Assembly (NCBI RefSeq): GCF_009914755.1
Contig: NC_060925.1
Strand: one strand, 5' to 3'
Length of the DNA stretch: 64,000 nt
Origin: the human T2T-CHM13v2.0 reference genome, Homo sapiens
How positions within the stretch are numbered: the first letter of the stretch is position 1; the number at the start of each line of letters is the position of its first letter. The notes below the pieces were generated by a model that made no database searches, was not told the DNA's origin, and worked only from the letters and a program-made list of their open reading frames with translations. Shown here piece by piece: positions 18,858 to 33,339 of this stretch. The translations under genes were made by a program, and so were the position numbers.

Positions 18858-19255
18858 GGAATTTTCTTATAAACTTTTTTTTTACAACACCAAACAGAAC
18901 CAGCATTATCTTTTGAGAGACACAAGGAGATGGCTGACATTCCCTGCAACCTGAGTATGTTGTCTTTGATCATATAACATGCTGACAGATGACTGTTGGT
19001 TACAACAATGTAAACGTATAGGAACTAAGCAGGTAGATTGAGTTAGATGTTGGTATGTTTGTGTTTTATGTATGTGTGCCTGTGTGTATTGTAGGAGTGA
19101 GGTTAGGTGAATTGGAGTTGCTAGATATTAAGAGTGGAAGAAAGAATAAAAACAAGATACAATGGCACACACAAACGGTCTAGATTAGGGTCCAAAACCC
19201 TAAGCTCTGATTTTGGTCAGAATCCAATGGAGCACACACTTTGTATGTCTCTTAC

Positions 19256-19328
19256 AGCTTATCATTCTCCCTTTATTCCATTAGCTCTGTTTTAAATCTG
19301 TTGGGTAATAAGACAACTCTAGGGAGCT
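19256..19328 (+). repeat. Dispersed direct duplication A, copy 2 (73 bp)
   Basis: 71/73 identical to 17279-17351. Confidence 0.97.
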
Positions 19329-21190
19329 ATATTTTTTCCCCCACCAGTTTCATTTCAATATGAGCTCTGTGTAACTAGAAAAATCTGTTTTGAGGCAAAC
19401 AGCATGACCCACACCATAAGACTATTTCTGAATGATAGAGAACCAGATTGGTTATAGTAAATTCTAATAACCTTTTCTGAGCTTGTTCCTTATAGCTCAG
19501 TCTTAAAGCATTTATCTTGCCATTGGGAAGATGGACTAGTTGTCTTAGGTTTGTTTTGTTTAATTGAAATTATACAGGCAAGAGACAGGAAATGGCCAGA
19601 ATTGTGATTCACCATGTAAATGGGAACAAATAAAATCTTTCCAGATGCACTTCCACAAATCGTTGTTAAAAATCACAGAAGATTGCCCTTGTCCTGAATT
19701 CTAGATGTCCATCATATTTTAGAATCCAGACAATCTGATAGAGCATAATGAACTACTTTTCCAAGGTATCTCTATGGGATTTTAGGTACATTTTTCTCTT
19801 ATGATAAACTGGGATCATATATCTGGATTTTAGAACTGGAAGGTGTTTTATAAACCAGCTAATTTAACCACCATTTAATAGAGATATTAACTGAATCACA
19901 GAAAGACCAAGGAACTTGCCTTATTTTGCATAGGAAGTTAGTCAAAAGTTCTGAATAAAAACAAATTTAAATCTCCAGGAAATCTCACATGTTGGAAAAA
20001 TCTAGGAGAAAAAAAAACATGATCAAGAAACTGAAAATTGTTGTTAAATGAACTATAGTGAAGGTACTCTAATTTGATTCATCTAACAACAGGAACAATT
20101 AAACTACTCTTTGCAGACCTAAGTGATATGTGGCTTTCCGAAAATCCAGTTCTTTCAGCTGTAGCTACCCAACATGCCTCTTTCTGGTGAATGTCACCTC
20201 ACAGCTGAAGCAAGTTTATGGGGCACTGCAGTTCCCCGGGCGCTCTTTGTTCCGCGAGGAACCAGAGAACTTCAGTCTCAGGGACTGTGAATCCACCACC
20301 TTTCATCAGTCTGAAATGCATTTTAAATCAATGTCAGGCTGGCTGCAAAATTGATGTCGCCAACTTCATAGTAACTCCAGCTGTCCCACAGTCCCGGGAG
20401 TACCTATCCCAATTACATATGATAAAACATAAGAAATGAGCAAAAACAATAATTTTATGCTAGCTGACTGAGATAAGAGACAAAAAAGACAAAATTATAA
20501 AACTGCAGAATCGAAAACAATACTCCTAGCCGGAGCCCATACAGGGGAAAAAATCTCCTGGGCATATTATCATGGATGTAAAGAAAATATATATGGATAG
20601 AAGCTTTATGTTGCTATATATACCAAAGTGAAACTATTAAATTTTGGTGTCTTCTCTGGAGAATGTTGAAAATCTTTCTTTTTCTTTTGTCTGGCATTTC
20701 TGAAGCTATTTTTCTCACATCTGACTTTGGTTAGCCAGTATTTCAAACATTATTATACTGAAAACGTTATTATATTGGAAACTCAAGTAAAATGATTTTG
20801 CCTGTAGGTCTCAGATTCCACTCAGAATTCTTTAATTATTAGTAAAGAAGTTTTGATTTTTGCCATATTGAAACCAGTCTCCCTAGTACTTCAAGGATGC
20901 AAATATTTTTGGTTTTAATTTCATATCACTAATGTAGTCATCAGAGTTTGCACATTTTGTTATTCACTATTTCCCTGATTGGCGATTACCTGACCAGAAG
21001 TGGAAAAGCCCTCCATGAGGTAGTGCTTAACAGCCATTTGCCTGCATGTACAATTTGGCTGAATGTGTTTTTGCTACACTGACAAATCTGAACACAAAGT
21101 GATGGCCTGATAATGTCCATTGCCTAATTGGCATCACTTGGAAAGTTGTAGAGAATTTTGATATGCTGGATGATGCTTTAATATTGTTCA

Positions 21191-21613
<423 letters not shown>

Positions 21614-21684
21614 CTATCTCTGTCAGTTGCTTGGGAGAAATAGGGTGGGGGAGTGGAAAACAGGATTTATTTTTAATATATTGA

Positions 21685-21945
21685 GAAGCAACAAAGGGCA
21701 ATGGTTAAACACTCAGATTGTGGAGCCAGAATTTCTGGGCTTGAATCTTATCTTTGACACTTTTCGCTGTGTCAACAATAGCAAACTGCTTAATCTGAGC
21801 TAAGTCTCAGTTACTTAGATCTGAAATGGGGCTAATAATAGTATCTACCTCATAGACCCATTGGGAAGATTGCATGAGATAAACCATGTCTTGATCCTAG
21901 TCCAGGGCATGACCCTCTGTAAATGTTAGCTGTTATTATTATTAA
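21685..21945 (+). mobile_element. MIR, nearly full length
   Basis: TGGTTAAA...TGGAGCCAGA...AAATGGGGCTAATAATAGTATCTACCTCATAG...TAAATGTTAGCTGTTATTATT. Confidence 0.85.
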
Positions 21946-22879
21946 ATCTCAAGAGTGTGTTGTGGTTATATATGGGAGAGTTCTAAGGAAAACTGTAAAG
22001 CCCGACCAAGAGAATATAAAATCAGTTTTGTAGATAAAAGGGATTTGATAAGACAAATGTATGCTGCAAAGGCTACAATGTAAACTTGCTGGAAATAGCT
22101 TTAAGAGTGTGGGATCATAACAACCAATTTTAAGTTGGAAGAAAAGTAAGGTTATTATTTTTTAGGTCCAAGTAGAATTGCCTAATCGATTCCATACATG
22201 GTGTAAGACTATATGCCTGGCGTCCTTTCCCCAGCTCCATTCGTAGGGGGAGGGTGGGAGATCTAGTAGAAGGTGACTTGGCATACTAAGCAGCTCAATC
22301 TGTATATTCATTCTCTCAGGAGATCCTGGTGAGACAAGGAGCTGCAGACAATCCTGGAATGGGGACGCGAGTTTCCATCCAGTCTTCTTAGGCCAGAAAA
22401 TCTTGAGGCCAGAGCAATGATTCATCACTAGACTATGCTTGCCCTAAAGGGAAGCCTGTACTTTGGTAGTTAAACTGTTTGGTAGAGATGAAGTGGTAAT
22501 ATACAGGTGCACTTACAGTGGGGTAGAGGGGGCAGGTTCCCCTATGGGTTGCAGTTTCCATATCTTTAAAATTGTTATAATCAAAACTTTCTCACTGCTG
22601 AGTTATAAAATTAAAAGCTATCACTTGTTTAAAAAACTACCTAGTCCAAAGTTTGGTAGGTAGTAGTCATAACTACAATTGTTAATTCCCTTCCCTTCAC
22701 CTCTTTTTTCAGTATTTTTTTCCACTATTCTTTTAGATACATTCTTGCTTGTAAATCCCATTGTGGCATTTTGTTGAGAGAATGGTGACTTCTCAATCAT
22801 TTTTCTTGCCTACTTAGTTCAGTTGATAACCTATTGCTTTTCCCTTGGCATTGTACATTTTCTTTGTCTACTTTCTTGG

Positions 22880-23297
22880 TCCTGTGATGGATGGTCCTTT
22901 TCAGCTCCCTTCTGTGCTCAATATCTTCTATTTGCTCTTTCAGGTCCATTTACTCCCTTCCCTCCTCTGCTCTGCTTTAAGGACTCTGTCAGTGGCCCCA
23001 TGCTTTCTGGCTTCTGGATGGGTTTGACCAATGGAGAAAGGGAAAACACTGAAAATGAGGAATGTATTTCATCAGCTCCCCTCCTATGGGGTCACCTTGG
23101 GCTGGCTGCATTGGTAAGGTGGTCTTCTCTGTCTCCTCATTAGGGTTAACAACCCTGCTCCACTTCCCATCAGACCTAGTGGTAGCTTCTCAGTTACTAG
23201 CCCAAGACCTTAATAAATAGCTCCCTTTTAAACTCTCCTCTAATTACCCAATTTAAACCATGCTATCTCTTTCCAACTAAAATCCTGAGACAGCATA
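22880..23297 (+). mobile_element. ERVL LTR (LTR33-like)
   Basis: CTGGCTTCTGGATGGGTTTGACCAATGG...TAAACTCTCCTCTAATTACCCAATTT. Boundaries approximate. Confidence 0.6.
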
Positions 23298-23913
23298 CTG
23301 CCTCTACATTTGGATTCAACCATTCTTGAATGTCATTTTACTGTATTTCAATAAGCACGTATCTTACATTTAGAAAGCTTCAAATTGATAAGAAAAATCA
23401 AAGAACATTTAAACATATCTCAATATACATTGCTTTGGTTTCAAGGTTTCACTGATCCAGTTATTAGGTGCTCCAGTGGATGAGTTCCTAATCTGTAAGT
23501 ACATTTTTTCATGTCTTAGTATAAAAGCTAGAACCTGGCTAATGATATAATATAAATTGTAAAATTTGATGTAAGATTACTTCCTTTCACGATTTCTTGT
23601 TTAGAAAATAGTGGCTGATTGTCAATGAACTTTATAAATAAGATGCTCCCAGGTATAAATCTCTGGGATAGAATTATGGTGAGGTTTTATGTTCTGTGTG
23701 TATATATTTAAATATACAGTAAATTTATATCACTAACCCAAACACTAGATAAAATGATAGGTTATTTTAGTGCATTCTAAATGAAATAGCTACTATTGAA
23801 AATTTTTATTACTTAAAATTCTAAAGATTTGAAATTAAGAGCTGAGTAGAAGTGTATTCAAGAATATAAAACATACAAAGAAAAGATGTTTATCAGAAAT
23901 TAAATGTCCTTTT

Positions 23914-24398
23914 TAGAACTAAAAACATAGCTTCCATTTGACCCAGTAATCCCATTACTAGGTATATACCCAGAGGAAATTAAGTCATTCTACCAAAAAG
24001 ACATATGCACACATATGTTCACTGCCACACTATTCACAATAGTAAAGACATGGAATCCACCTAGGTGCCCACCAATGATGAGTTGGATAAAGCAAATGTG
24101 GTATATATACACAATGGAATACTATGCAGCCATAAAAAAGAGTGAAATAATGTCCTCTGCAGCAATATACATGCAGCTGGAGACCATAATCATAAGTGAG
24201 TCAATGCAGGAACAGGAAACCAAATATCACATATTCTTAGTTATAAGTAAAAGCATGAGTTGAACAACCACCTGTTGGGTACTCACTACCTGGGTGACAG
24301 AATCCATACCCCAAACCTCAGCATCACACAAAATATCCATGTAACAAACCTACACAAGTACCCCTGTATTTAAAATAAAAGTTGAAATTTAAAAAAAG
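23914..24398 (+). mobile_element. Old L1PA (about L1PA16/17) 3' end with an internal 3'UTR deletion
   Basis: ORF2 C-terminal remnant (track ORF 24015-24263); CCATACCCCAAACCTCAGCATCAC...AAATAAAAGTTGAAA. The G-rich segment is missing near 24255. Confidence 0.88.
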
Positions 24399-24417
24399 AA
24401 TTGAAATATAACTTTTA

Positions 24418-24720
24418 GGCTGGGTGCAGTGGCTCACGCCTGTAATCCCAGCACTTTGGGAGGCCGAGGCAGGTGGATCATCTGAGGTAAGGAGTTCGAG
24501 ACCACCCTGGCCAACATGGTGAAACCCCGTCTTTACTAAAAATACAAAAGGTAGCCTGGCATGGTGGTGCATGCCTGTAATCCCTGCTACTAGGGGGTGC
24601 TGAGGCAGGAGAATTGCTTGAACCTGGGAGGCAAATGTTGCAGTGAGCCGAGATCATGCCACTGCACTCTAGCCCGGGTGACAGAGCCAGACCCCATCTC
24701 AAAACAAACAAAAAAAAGAA
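24418..24720 (+). mobile_element. AluS
   Basis: Full dimer, degenerate TSD TGAAATAT(AA)CTTTTA. Confidence 0.95.
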
Positions 24721-25639
24721 GACGTGAAATATCTTTTAAAAATTAAATCTGTTTTTCACATCTGAGAAAAATCAAATGGACTTTAGCAAATACTTTACAA
24801 GCACGGTATAAGAAAATGTAAGTGATATAATGGTCAATTATGAGACGGACATAATATTTTCTCTTATTTTTGGGTGGTCTGTTAAAATTCAGAGTTCTGT
24901 GTTACACTACAGCACATGTTTTAGGAGTACTATTAGATGTGTGCTATAGTTGCTAATTAGTACTGGTAGTTCCTCAATTTGTAGTCAATAGTACACTAGA
25001 TATTGGATCAGAAAAAATCTGACATGCACTGATACGTGCACTCAAAAAGCAAAAACTAAATATGTTTCTATGTTTCTAGAGAATTTTTTAAAAGATTACT
25101 TTGGTTCATAAGTATTCTCTGGGAAACATAAATGTGAAAACAGAATTTAACTTTCTGGTGTACAAATAACTTTCTGCTTGTATGATGCCAAATAACATCG
25201 ATATAGAAAATTTTCTGTAAAAATTCCAGTTTGTCCAAATGCTATTTTATTCCAAGTATAGTACAGCAAATGTAATGATAGTTGTGTTAATTATATGTTA
25301 CATTCATGTAACACATATAATACATGATGTATTACAAATATGTATGTGTATGTGTGAATGTGTATATATGTACACACATATATATTCTATTTATTGATTT
25401 ACTCAAGAAATATTTGTTGAGAGACATGGTCTCTGTCCTCATGGACATTACATGTAATTAAGCATTTGTTATATATTTGAGTAATTTTCTCCATAAAGAA
25501 CACTAGTATTTAGGACTATTTAGAAACATAAATAGGAAAATGAATGAAATATTGTTAATTGAGGTCTTTTAAAAACAGTGGATTTTCTCTTAGGTTTAGA
25601 AAATAACTAATCTCACATAAATCCAAATATTAGATCTCA

Positions 25640-25991
<352 letters not shown>

Positions 25992-28749
25992 TAAAAGTTA
26001 AACTTTCTCTGATCCTCATTTTATAATTTTAGGGATATATTTTAACCATACTGTTAAGTTATTATAACCTACAAATTATAGCATTTGATCTTATTTAGAT
26101 GTCATTCAATAATATCTTGGAGGCACTTAGTTTTCATACATACTTGCATTTTTGCTAGGAATTATACTCTTTCTATGTTGCCAGGAAAATGGTTTCATTT
26201 TCTAAATACCATGATCTGATCTCTAGTTTTATATATTATGTACAATTTGCAAATTTTAAAAAAATGAATAAATAATACATTGTCTATGGTGTATGTTTAG
26301 GGGTTGCTCATGTAGGACCCAAGCAAGGGTATGCATAATGACAAGTTGGCAGTGGGCAATTCGGGGACCCTAATGACCTCCCAAGATAGCTTCAAAGATT
26401 TTATTAATTTTACAACCATTGTAAAAACAAATAAGAAAACAATAATGTAAATATAACAATAAAATCTGATAATAAAAATAAAGATAATAAATTATTAATG
26501 GCACAATAAAATGAGAATATTGTAGAAAAATGTAATAGAACTAGATACGATATAGCCCATAACCATACATTTAAAAAGGCATTAAATTGCAAGTGTTCCC
26601 AGCATGGTCACCCAAGTTGAATATCATGAAATAGATAATGGTTCACTTGATACTTCCTAAAGTTTAGAGAGCAGCAGGGGTAGAAAAATTCATTTGTCAT
26701 TTGAGCTCTTATGAATGACTAAGAGAAATATCTTCTCATCCACATTCACCAGGCAACTGCAGGAAGAGTGGGAGGCACGTGGTGGAGGCCTGTGACATCC
26801 AATGCAAGAACCAAAAGATGTACAGCTGTTGATGAAGGAAGGGAATGCTGTTTAGTGTGGGTGGAGAAACAGTATCTTTGGAAAGAAAGGCCGGATCCTG
26901 GCAGGAAGGAAATTCAGATCTCATGTACTGATCCTGAAAATAGTATAGAAGTAACCTGGAGTCTTCATAGAGTTTGTGTTCTGCAATAATCAACCCAACC
27001 ATGGTTCTTCCTATCCCTCACGGGTATGTTTGCAAAACTACAGTGCCACAAGGAGATGCCTTTGGTTATCAAACGTGGCTGGGCATAACCATGCACAAGT
27101 AAGGGAGCACAGACCTGCCCTAAATAATTTTGCTTCATTAACCTGCAGGATTATTTTGAAGTGCTTTAAGGGGAAAAAAACAAGTTACAGGATATAATTG
27201 CTGAAAACTTTAACAGAAATTTCATAAAGCCTTTAAAAGATTAAATCATAAAAGAAGATCAGAGAGGACTACTGGGGATTAAAAATTGTTTATAGAAGAA
27301 AACACAAAGAATAAGCATCTATGGGCCATTTTCTGTATGATGAAAGGTAAATGGATACCTGAAGGACCAAACTCTGAGTAGAGAGCTTTAGTATGTTTAT
27401 GACCTATGAGGGAAAGGATTGCAAACCCTGCTAGTGATACAAGGTTATTTAGATTGAAGATGAATAAAAACTCAGAACCTAATTTCAGATTAAAAGAAGA
27501 TTTTTCAAATTCTTAACATACGTAAAGAGCTTTAAAAACCTTGACATGAGAGTGCATATATGTAAGAATAATTTCATTGCTTACTCCATTCAGTAGTTAT
27601 TATATTCAATCTCATGTAGGCCAGCATTTTAGTCACCGGCCAAGAAATTTCTGTAAAGTTTGTGAGATGCAGAAATCCCTGGGATGTATTTTATTGGGTG
27701 CTTTAAATGTACTGTATAAAGCATTAGTGAGGAGAAATTATAAAAATTATAACACAATAACCCTTTCATTTTTAAAATGAGTTATCTGTATATTAAGTGC
27801 TGATGGTGTAAGTTAAAGGCACATAGGGAGAGCTTAAATATATGAGTAGGGCACAAAATGCATACTCTTATTTTCCATTTTCTCTGGCCACTTTCAGGCA
27901 CAATACATATCAATTAACTTTCTAATCCATTAATAAGGATGGTTTCTCACCTGCACGTGCTCAAATGGAAGTCTAGAAATATCCCAGTTCAAGACTGCAG
28001 TGGGTTGTTATCTTGCCTTTTTCCTTTAGTTTATGATTTATTGCTGAAATGAAGCCATACTGTGTCTAGTGTAACTGTACACTTTATTTGAGGGTGTAGA
28101 ATTATTATATCTTAATAAAAAAGGTTTTTCTGTTTATGTACTTTGTGACATAGGTGAATTTACCCAGAAAACTTATAATAAGAAAACTGCACAAGTTACT
28201 GGGCGTCTGAAGATGTCAGGAGGCATCATGGAATTTTTAATGTGCTGGAAAGTAAAAGAACCACTTGCTGAGTTTAAGTAAGCCCTATAATATCTATCCC
28301 ATGCCAGAGCTAACTTCTGAGAGTAAAGTACTTGTATTCATCAGAAACCTAAAATGGGTGAAAATGAACCAAGACCATGGAATCTTCATATGAAATAGTG
28401 TTACCATGAGCAAATGATGAAAGAATTCTTTAATGTGCAACCACTCAGACACTTCTGCCAGTAGTTATAGAAGAGAAACTGAAGAAATCATGTCACACTC
28501 TGAAAATATAAATAAATTATAAAAAAGAAAAAAAAGAAGTAAGCTAAGAGAAAAAAGAGCTGGGGACTAGTACTTTTTAAGGTTTAAGTTTAGGAGCTAA
28601 GCCTTGTCAGTTTTTATTGGTTAATAAGATTGAGGGAATAGGTGGCAAGTACAGACGGTAAAGAGACTATATTTTGGGTACAACCCTAACGGCCTTCAAA
28701 GTGTATATCTTTTTTGCGATTCTTTCCTAGAATGTTTTGTCTTACTTGA

Positions 28750-30128
<1,379 letters not shown>

Positions 30129-32050
30129 AATCTTATAATGAGAGGAAGATGTGAAAATAAGGGCCTGAGAGATTTAAGTAGCTCCTGTGGACTATGGCAA
30201 AAGTCATTGAATAAGAAGAAGTAAAATGATTTCTAAATAGTATTGAAGGTTTAGCTGAGACTGGAAACCATATCTTTATTAAGGGTCTAGTCAGCAGGTG
30301 CACTGCTGTAGGCAAGGCAGTGCAAGGAAGAAGAGAAGAGAGTTTAAGCTTATGTTGACAACAATATGGATGAAATAATTGTCCCAGAGGTCTCAGACAG
30401 TAGTTGATAAATGAAGCAACATTGAACAATTGATCAAGGTGAGCCTGAGACCATGAGCGTTGGTCTCAACCATGGTTCTGAGACCAGGAACACAAGTAAT
30501 GTTCTAGGATAATAATCACATAATTTCCAAGTTTCTCATAAAATATATGGGGATGTTAGTATTATAAAACTGGTGGCAGAAATACCAGAGAAAAACTCGC
30601 TTTGGGTCTGGATTTCTGACTATTGAACTGAGTAAATTTATAGGTGGTCAGGAGCAGCATGGAAATTGTAATTCAAAGGGAAAGAATGAGCTACAGGATC
30701 CAATTGGAAGTAAATGTTACTACTTTCTGGCCTTATTATTTTCCGTCTGCTGGATGTTTGTGATAGGCATAAATTTTTTTTCATAAAAATAGCTAACTTT
30801 TCTTTACCTACTTAACTGTCCATCTACTATTCCATTTCTTTCCTTATCTTTATAGCAAAACTCCTTGAAAAAATTTTACTCATTTTCTCTACTTTCTCTT
30901 TTCCATTGTCCCTTGATCCCAAGATTTTGCTCCTATGACTCCATTGAAACTCATCTTTTCAACTTCACTAAAGATCTCTAAGTTACTACATCTAACTCAT
31001 AATTCTTGGTCCTCCTCTTAACTGGCTTATTGGCATCATGATGAAATTGATCACTTCTTCTTCCTTAAAATGTTTATTTTTCACTTGACTTCCAGGACTC
31101 CTCATTTCTTTGTTTTCCTTCAGTTTAATTGGCTGTTTCTTCCCAGTTTTCTATGTTGGTTACTGGTTTCTATTACAGACTATTGGGCACCCCAGGGAAC
31201 AGCCCTTAGATATGTTCTTTCTTTCTCTTTCTCCCTCTCTCATTACACTATGCTCACTTCCTAGTTTACCTTATCTACTCTTGTGGCTGTAATTCATATT
31301 TATCATGGATAATTCCCAAGTGTATGTTTTCAGATTGAGTATCTCTTTTAACTCTAGACTCAACTGAGCACTTTACATTTCAACTCGGATGGGCAATTGA
31401 CATCTCACACCTAATACATCCAAAACCACATGCCTAATCTTTCTTTTCAACCTGCTCTTCCTGCAATAGTTTTCATCTCAGTTAATGGTAATTCTGTTCT
31501 TCTAGTTGCTTAGGTTAAAGTTGTTGAATAATCTTTGACCTACCTCTTCTTCTCACACCCCACATTTAATCTTATTGCAAAACCTATTAGCCATACTTGT
31601 CAAATACATCTCAAGCATGATGACTTTTACCATCCCTCCACTCTCTTTTCTGACCAAAGCTCCCAACGTCTTCCATCTAATACATTGCAGTGGCCTTATA
31701 AATGGTTTCTTGGCTTATTTTGAACTATATGCAGTATAGCAGCCAAGTAAGCCTGTATAAATGACAATCAAAAAGCCTAATAGCCCTGTGCCCCAAACCA
31801 TCCAATAGCACTTTTTCTATCCCTTGAATTCCCCTTCTGGTTTTGTCTAACATGATTCTTGCCCTCACTGTGCCTCTTGGCCTCACTCTGGCCTCATTAG
31901 GGTTCTTCAGACATACCAGGCAAACTCTTGCCTCACTGCTTTGATACTTACAGTTTCCTTTGCCTAGAATGTTCTTCTTTAACAAACACAAATAATTCAA
32001 TCTCTGACTTCTTCAACTTCACCTTCCCAGTGAGGCATCCCCTGGCTACC

Positions 32051-32412
32051 TGTATTAGTCAGTTCTCACACCACTAATAAAGACATAACCAAGACTGGGT
32101 AATTTATAAAGGAAGAGGTTTAATAAACTCACAGTTTCACGTGGCTGGGGAGCTTCACAATCATGGCTGAAGGCAAAAAAGAAGCAAAGTCACGTCTTAC
32201 GTAGTGGCAGGCAAGGTAGTGTGTGCAGGGGAACTCCCCTTTATAAAACCCTCAGATCTTCTGAAACTTATTTGCTATCACGAGAACAACACAGGAAATA
32301 CCCGCCTCCATGATTCAATTACCTCCCACCGGGTCCTTCCCTTGACACCTGAGAATTATGGGAGCTACAATTCAAGATGAAATTTGGGTGGGGGCACAGC
32401 AAAACCATATCA
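32051..32412 (-). mobile_element. THE1B/THE1C MaLR solo LTR
   Basis: TGTATTAGTC...AAACCATATCA, 362 bp, 5-bp TSD CTACC/CTACT. Confidence 0.93.
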
Positions 32413-32554
32413 CTACTTGATCTAAAATTCGAAAACTTCCCATTTCTCCTCCTCTCTCTTCCATTTTTTTCCCTTAGCACATTTCTATTTAACAAGACTT
32501 AGCATTTTCTAAGAGCAAATCACTGTCCTAAACACTGATGAAATACTAACTTTT

Positions 32555-32710
32555 TAAATAATAATAACAATGCTTTGAACTCAACATCATTAGTTCCATT
32601 TTACAGATGAGAAAAGTGAAACCCAGAGAGGTTAAATGACTTGCCCAATGTCAAGATGGATTCAAACTCTGTAGGTTGTGCTCTTAACTATCACATTAGG
32701 CAGTCTCTCA
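32555..32710 (-). mobile_element. MIR
   Basis: CCATTTTACAGATGAGAAAAGTGAAACCCAGAGAGGTTAAATGACTTGCCCAA. Confidence 0.85.
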
Positions 32711-33339
32711 CCATGCAAACACTTCATACAAGTTACTTTTTGAATTTTTGGAATTTCTGTCTCCTTGACTAGAATGTAAGCTCTATGAAGGCAGGATTTG
32801 TGCCAGTTTTCTTCAGTTCCGTAGTACCAGCACCTAGAATAATGTCTGGCACATATTAAATATTCAATAAATATCAGTTGCATGACTGAATGAATGAGTG
32901 ACTGAATAAAGAGTTTCTGTCTTTATGAGACTAATCATACTTAACTAAGGAAACATAAAGTCCATGAAGTATTTAGCTCAAAGTGAAGTGCTAAATTGCA
33001 GGTTACTGTGTGCGCAGGGACTGACCACTCTATGGACAATTTGTTGCTGCTGCATATGATAAATTGGTGTAGGAAAGAATTGGTTGGATTCTGAGTATAA
33101 TGTGAATTTTGAGAAGGAAGAGGAAGCTTTCTGTGGGCAGGAGAAGCTTCATTCATCTCTTGATATTTGGTACTGAATCTCTCCTTTCTCTTCATAGCAA
33201 GCTCCTTGGAAGAATAATCCATGCTGCCTCCACGTTCTTGCCTCTCACTCTTTCTTCCGTGCTTTGCAATAGGGCTTCCATATGCATAATTCAATGGAAA
33301 TTGCAACAACAAAGGCCAGTGGTATTTTTAACCATCAAT

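Larger units (their letters stand above)
30810..32910 (+). mobile_element. L2a, interrupted by THE1 and MIR
   Basis: Pyrimidine-rich L2 body. 3' end CTAGAATGTAAGCTCTATGAAGGCAGG...TCAATAAATAT...TGAATGAATGA. Confidence 0.82.

Noticed and set aside
20226-20260. CTGCAGTTCC resembling the CTCF upstream motif
   Set aside because: No adequate CTCF core motif at the required spacing.
20198-20500. Minus-strand acceptor (TTTTGTCTTTTTTGTCTCTTATCTCAG) suggesting a coding exon
   Set aside because: Donors are weak and all frames of the downstream block contain stops.
25291-25320. Imperfect AT-rich palindrome TTATATGTTACAT..ATGTAACACATATAA
   Set aside because: Low-complexity TA/TG context, where such hairpins arise by chance.
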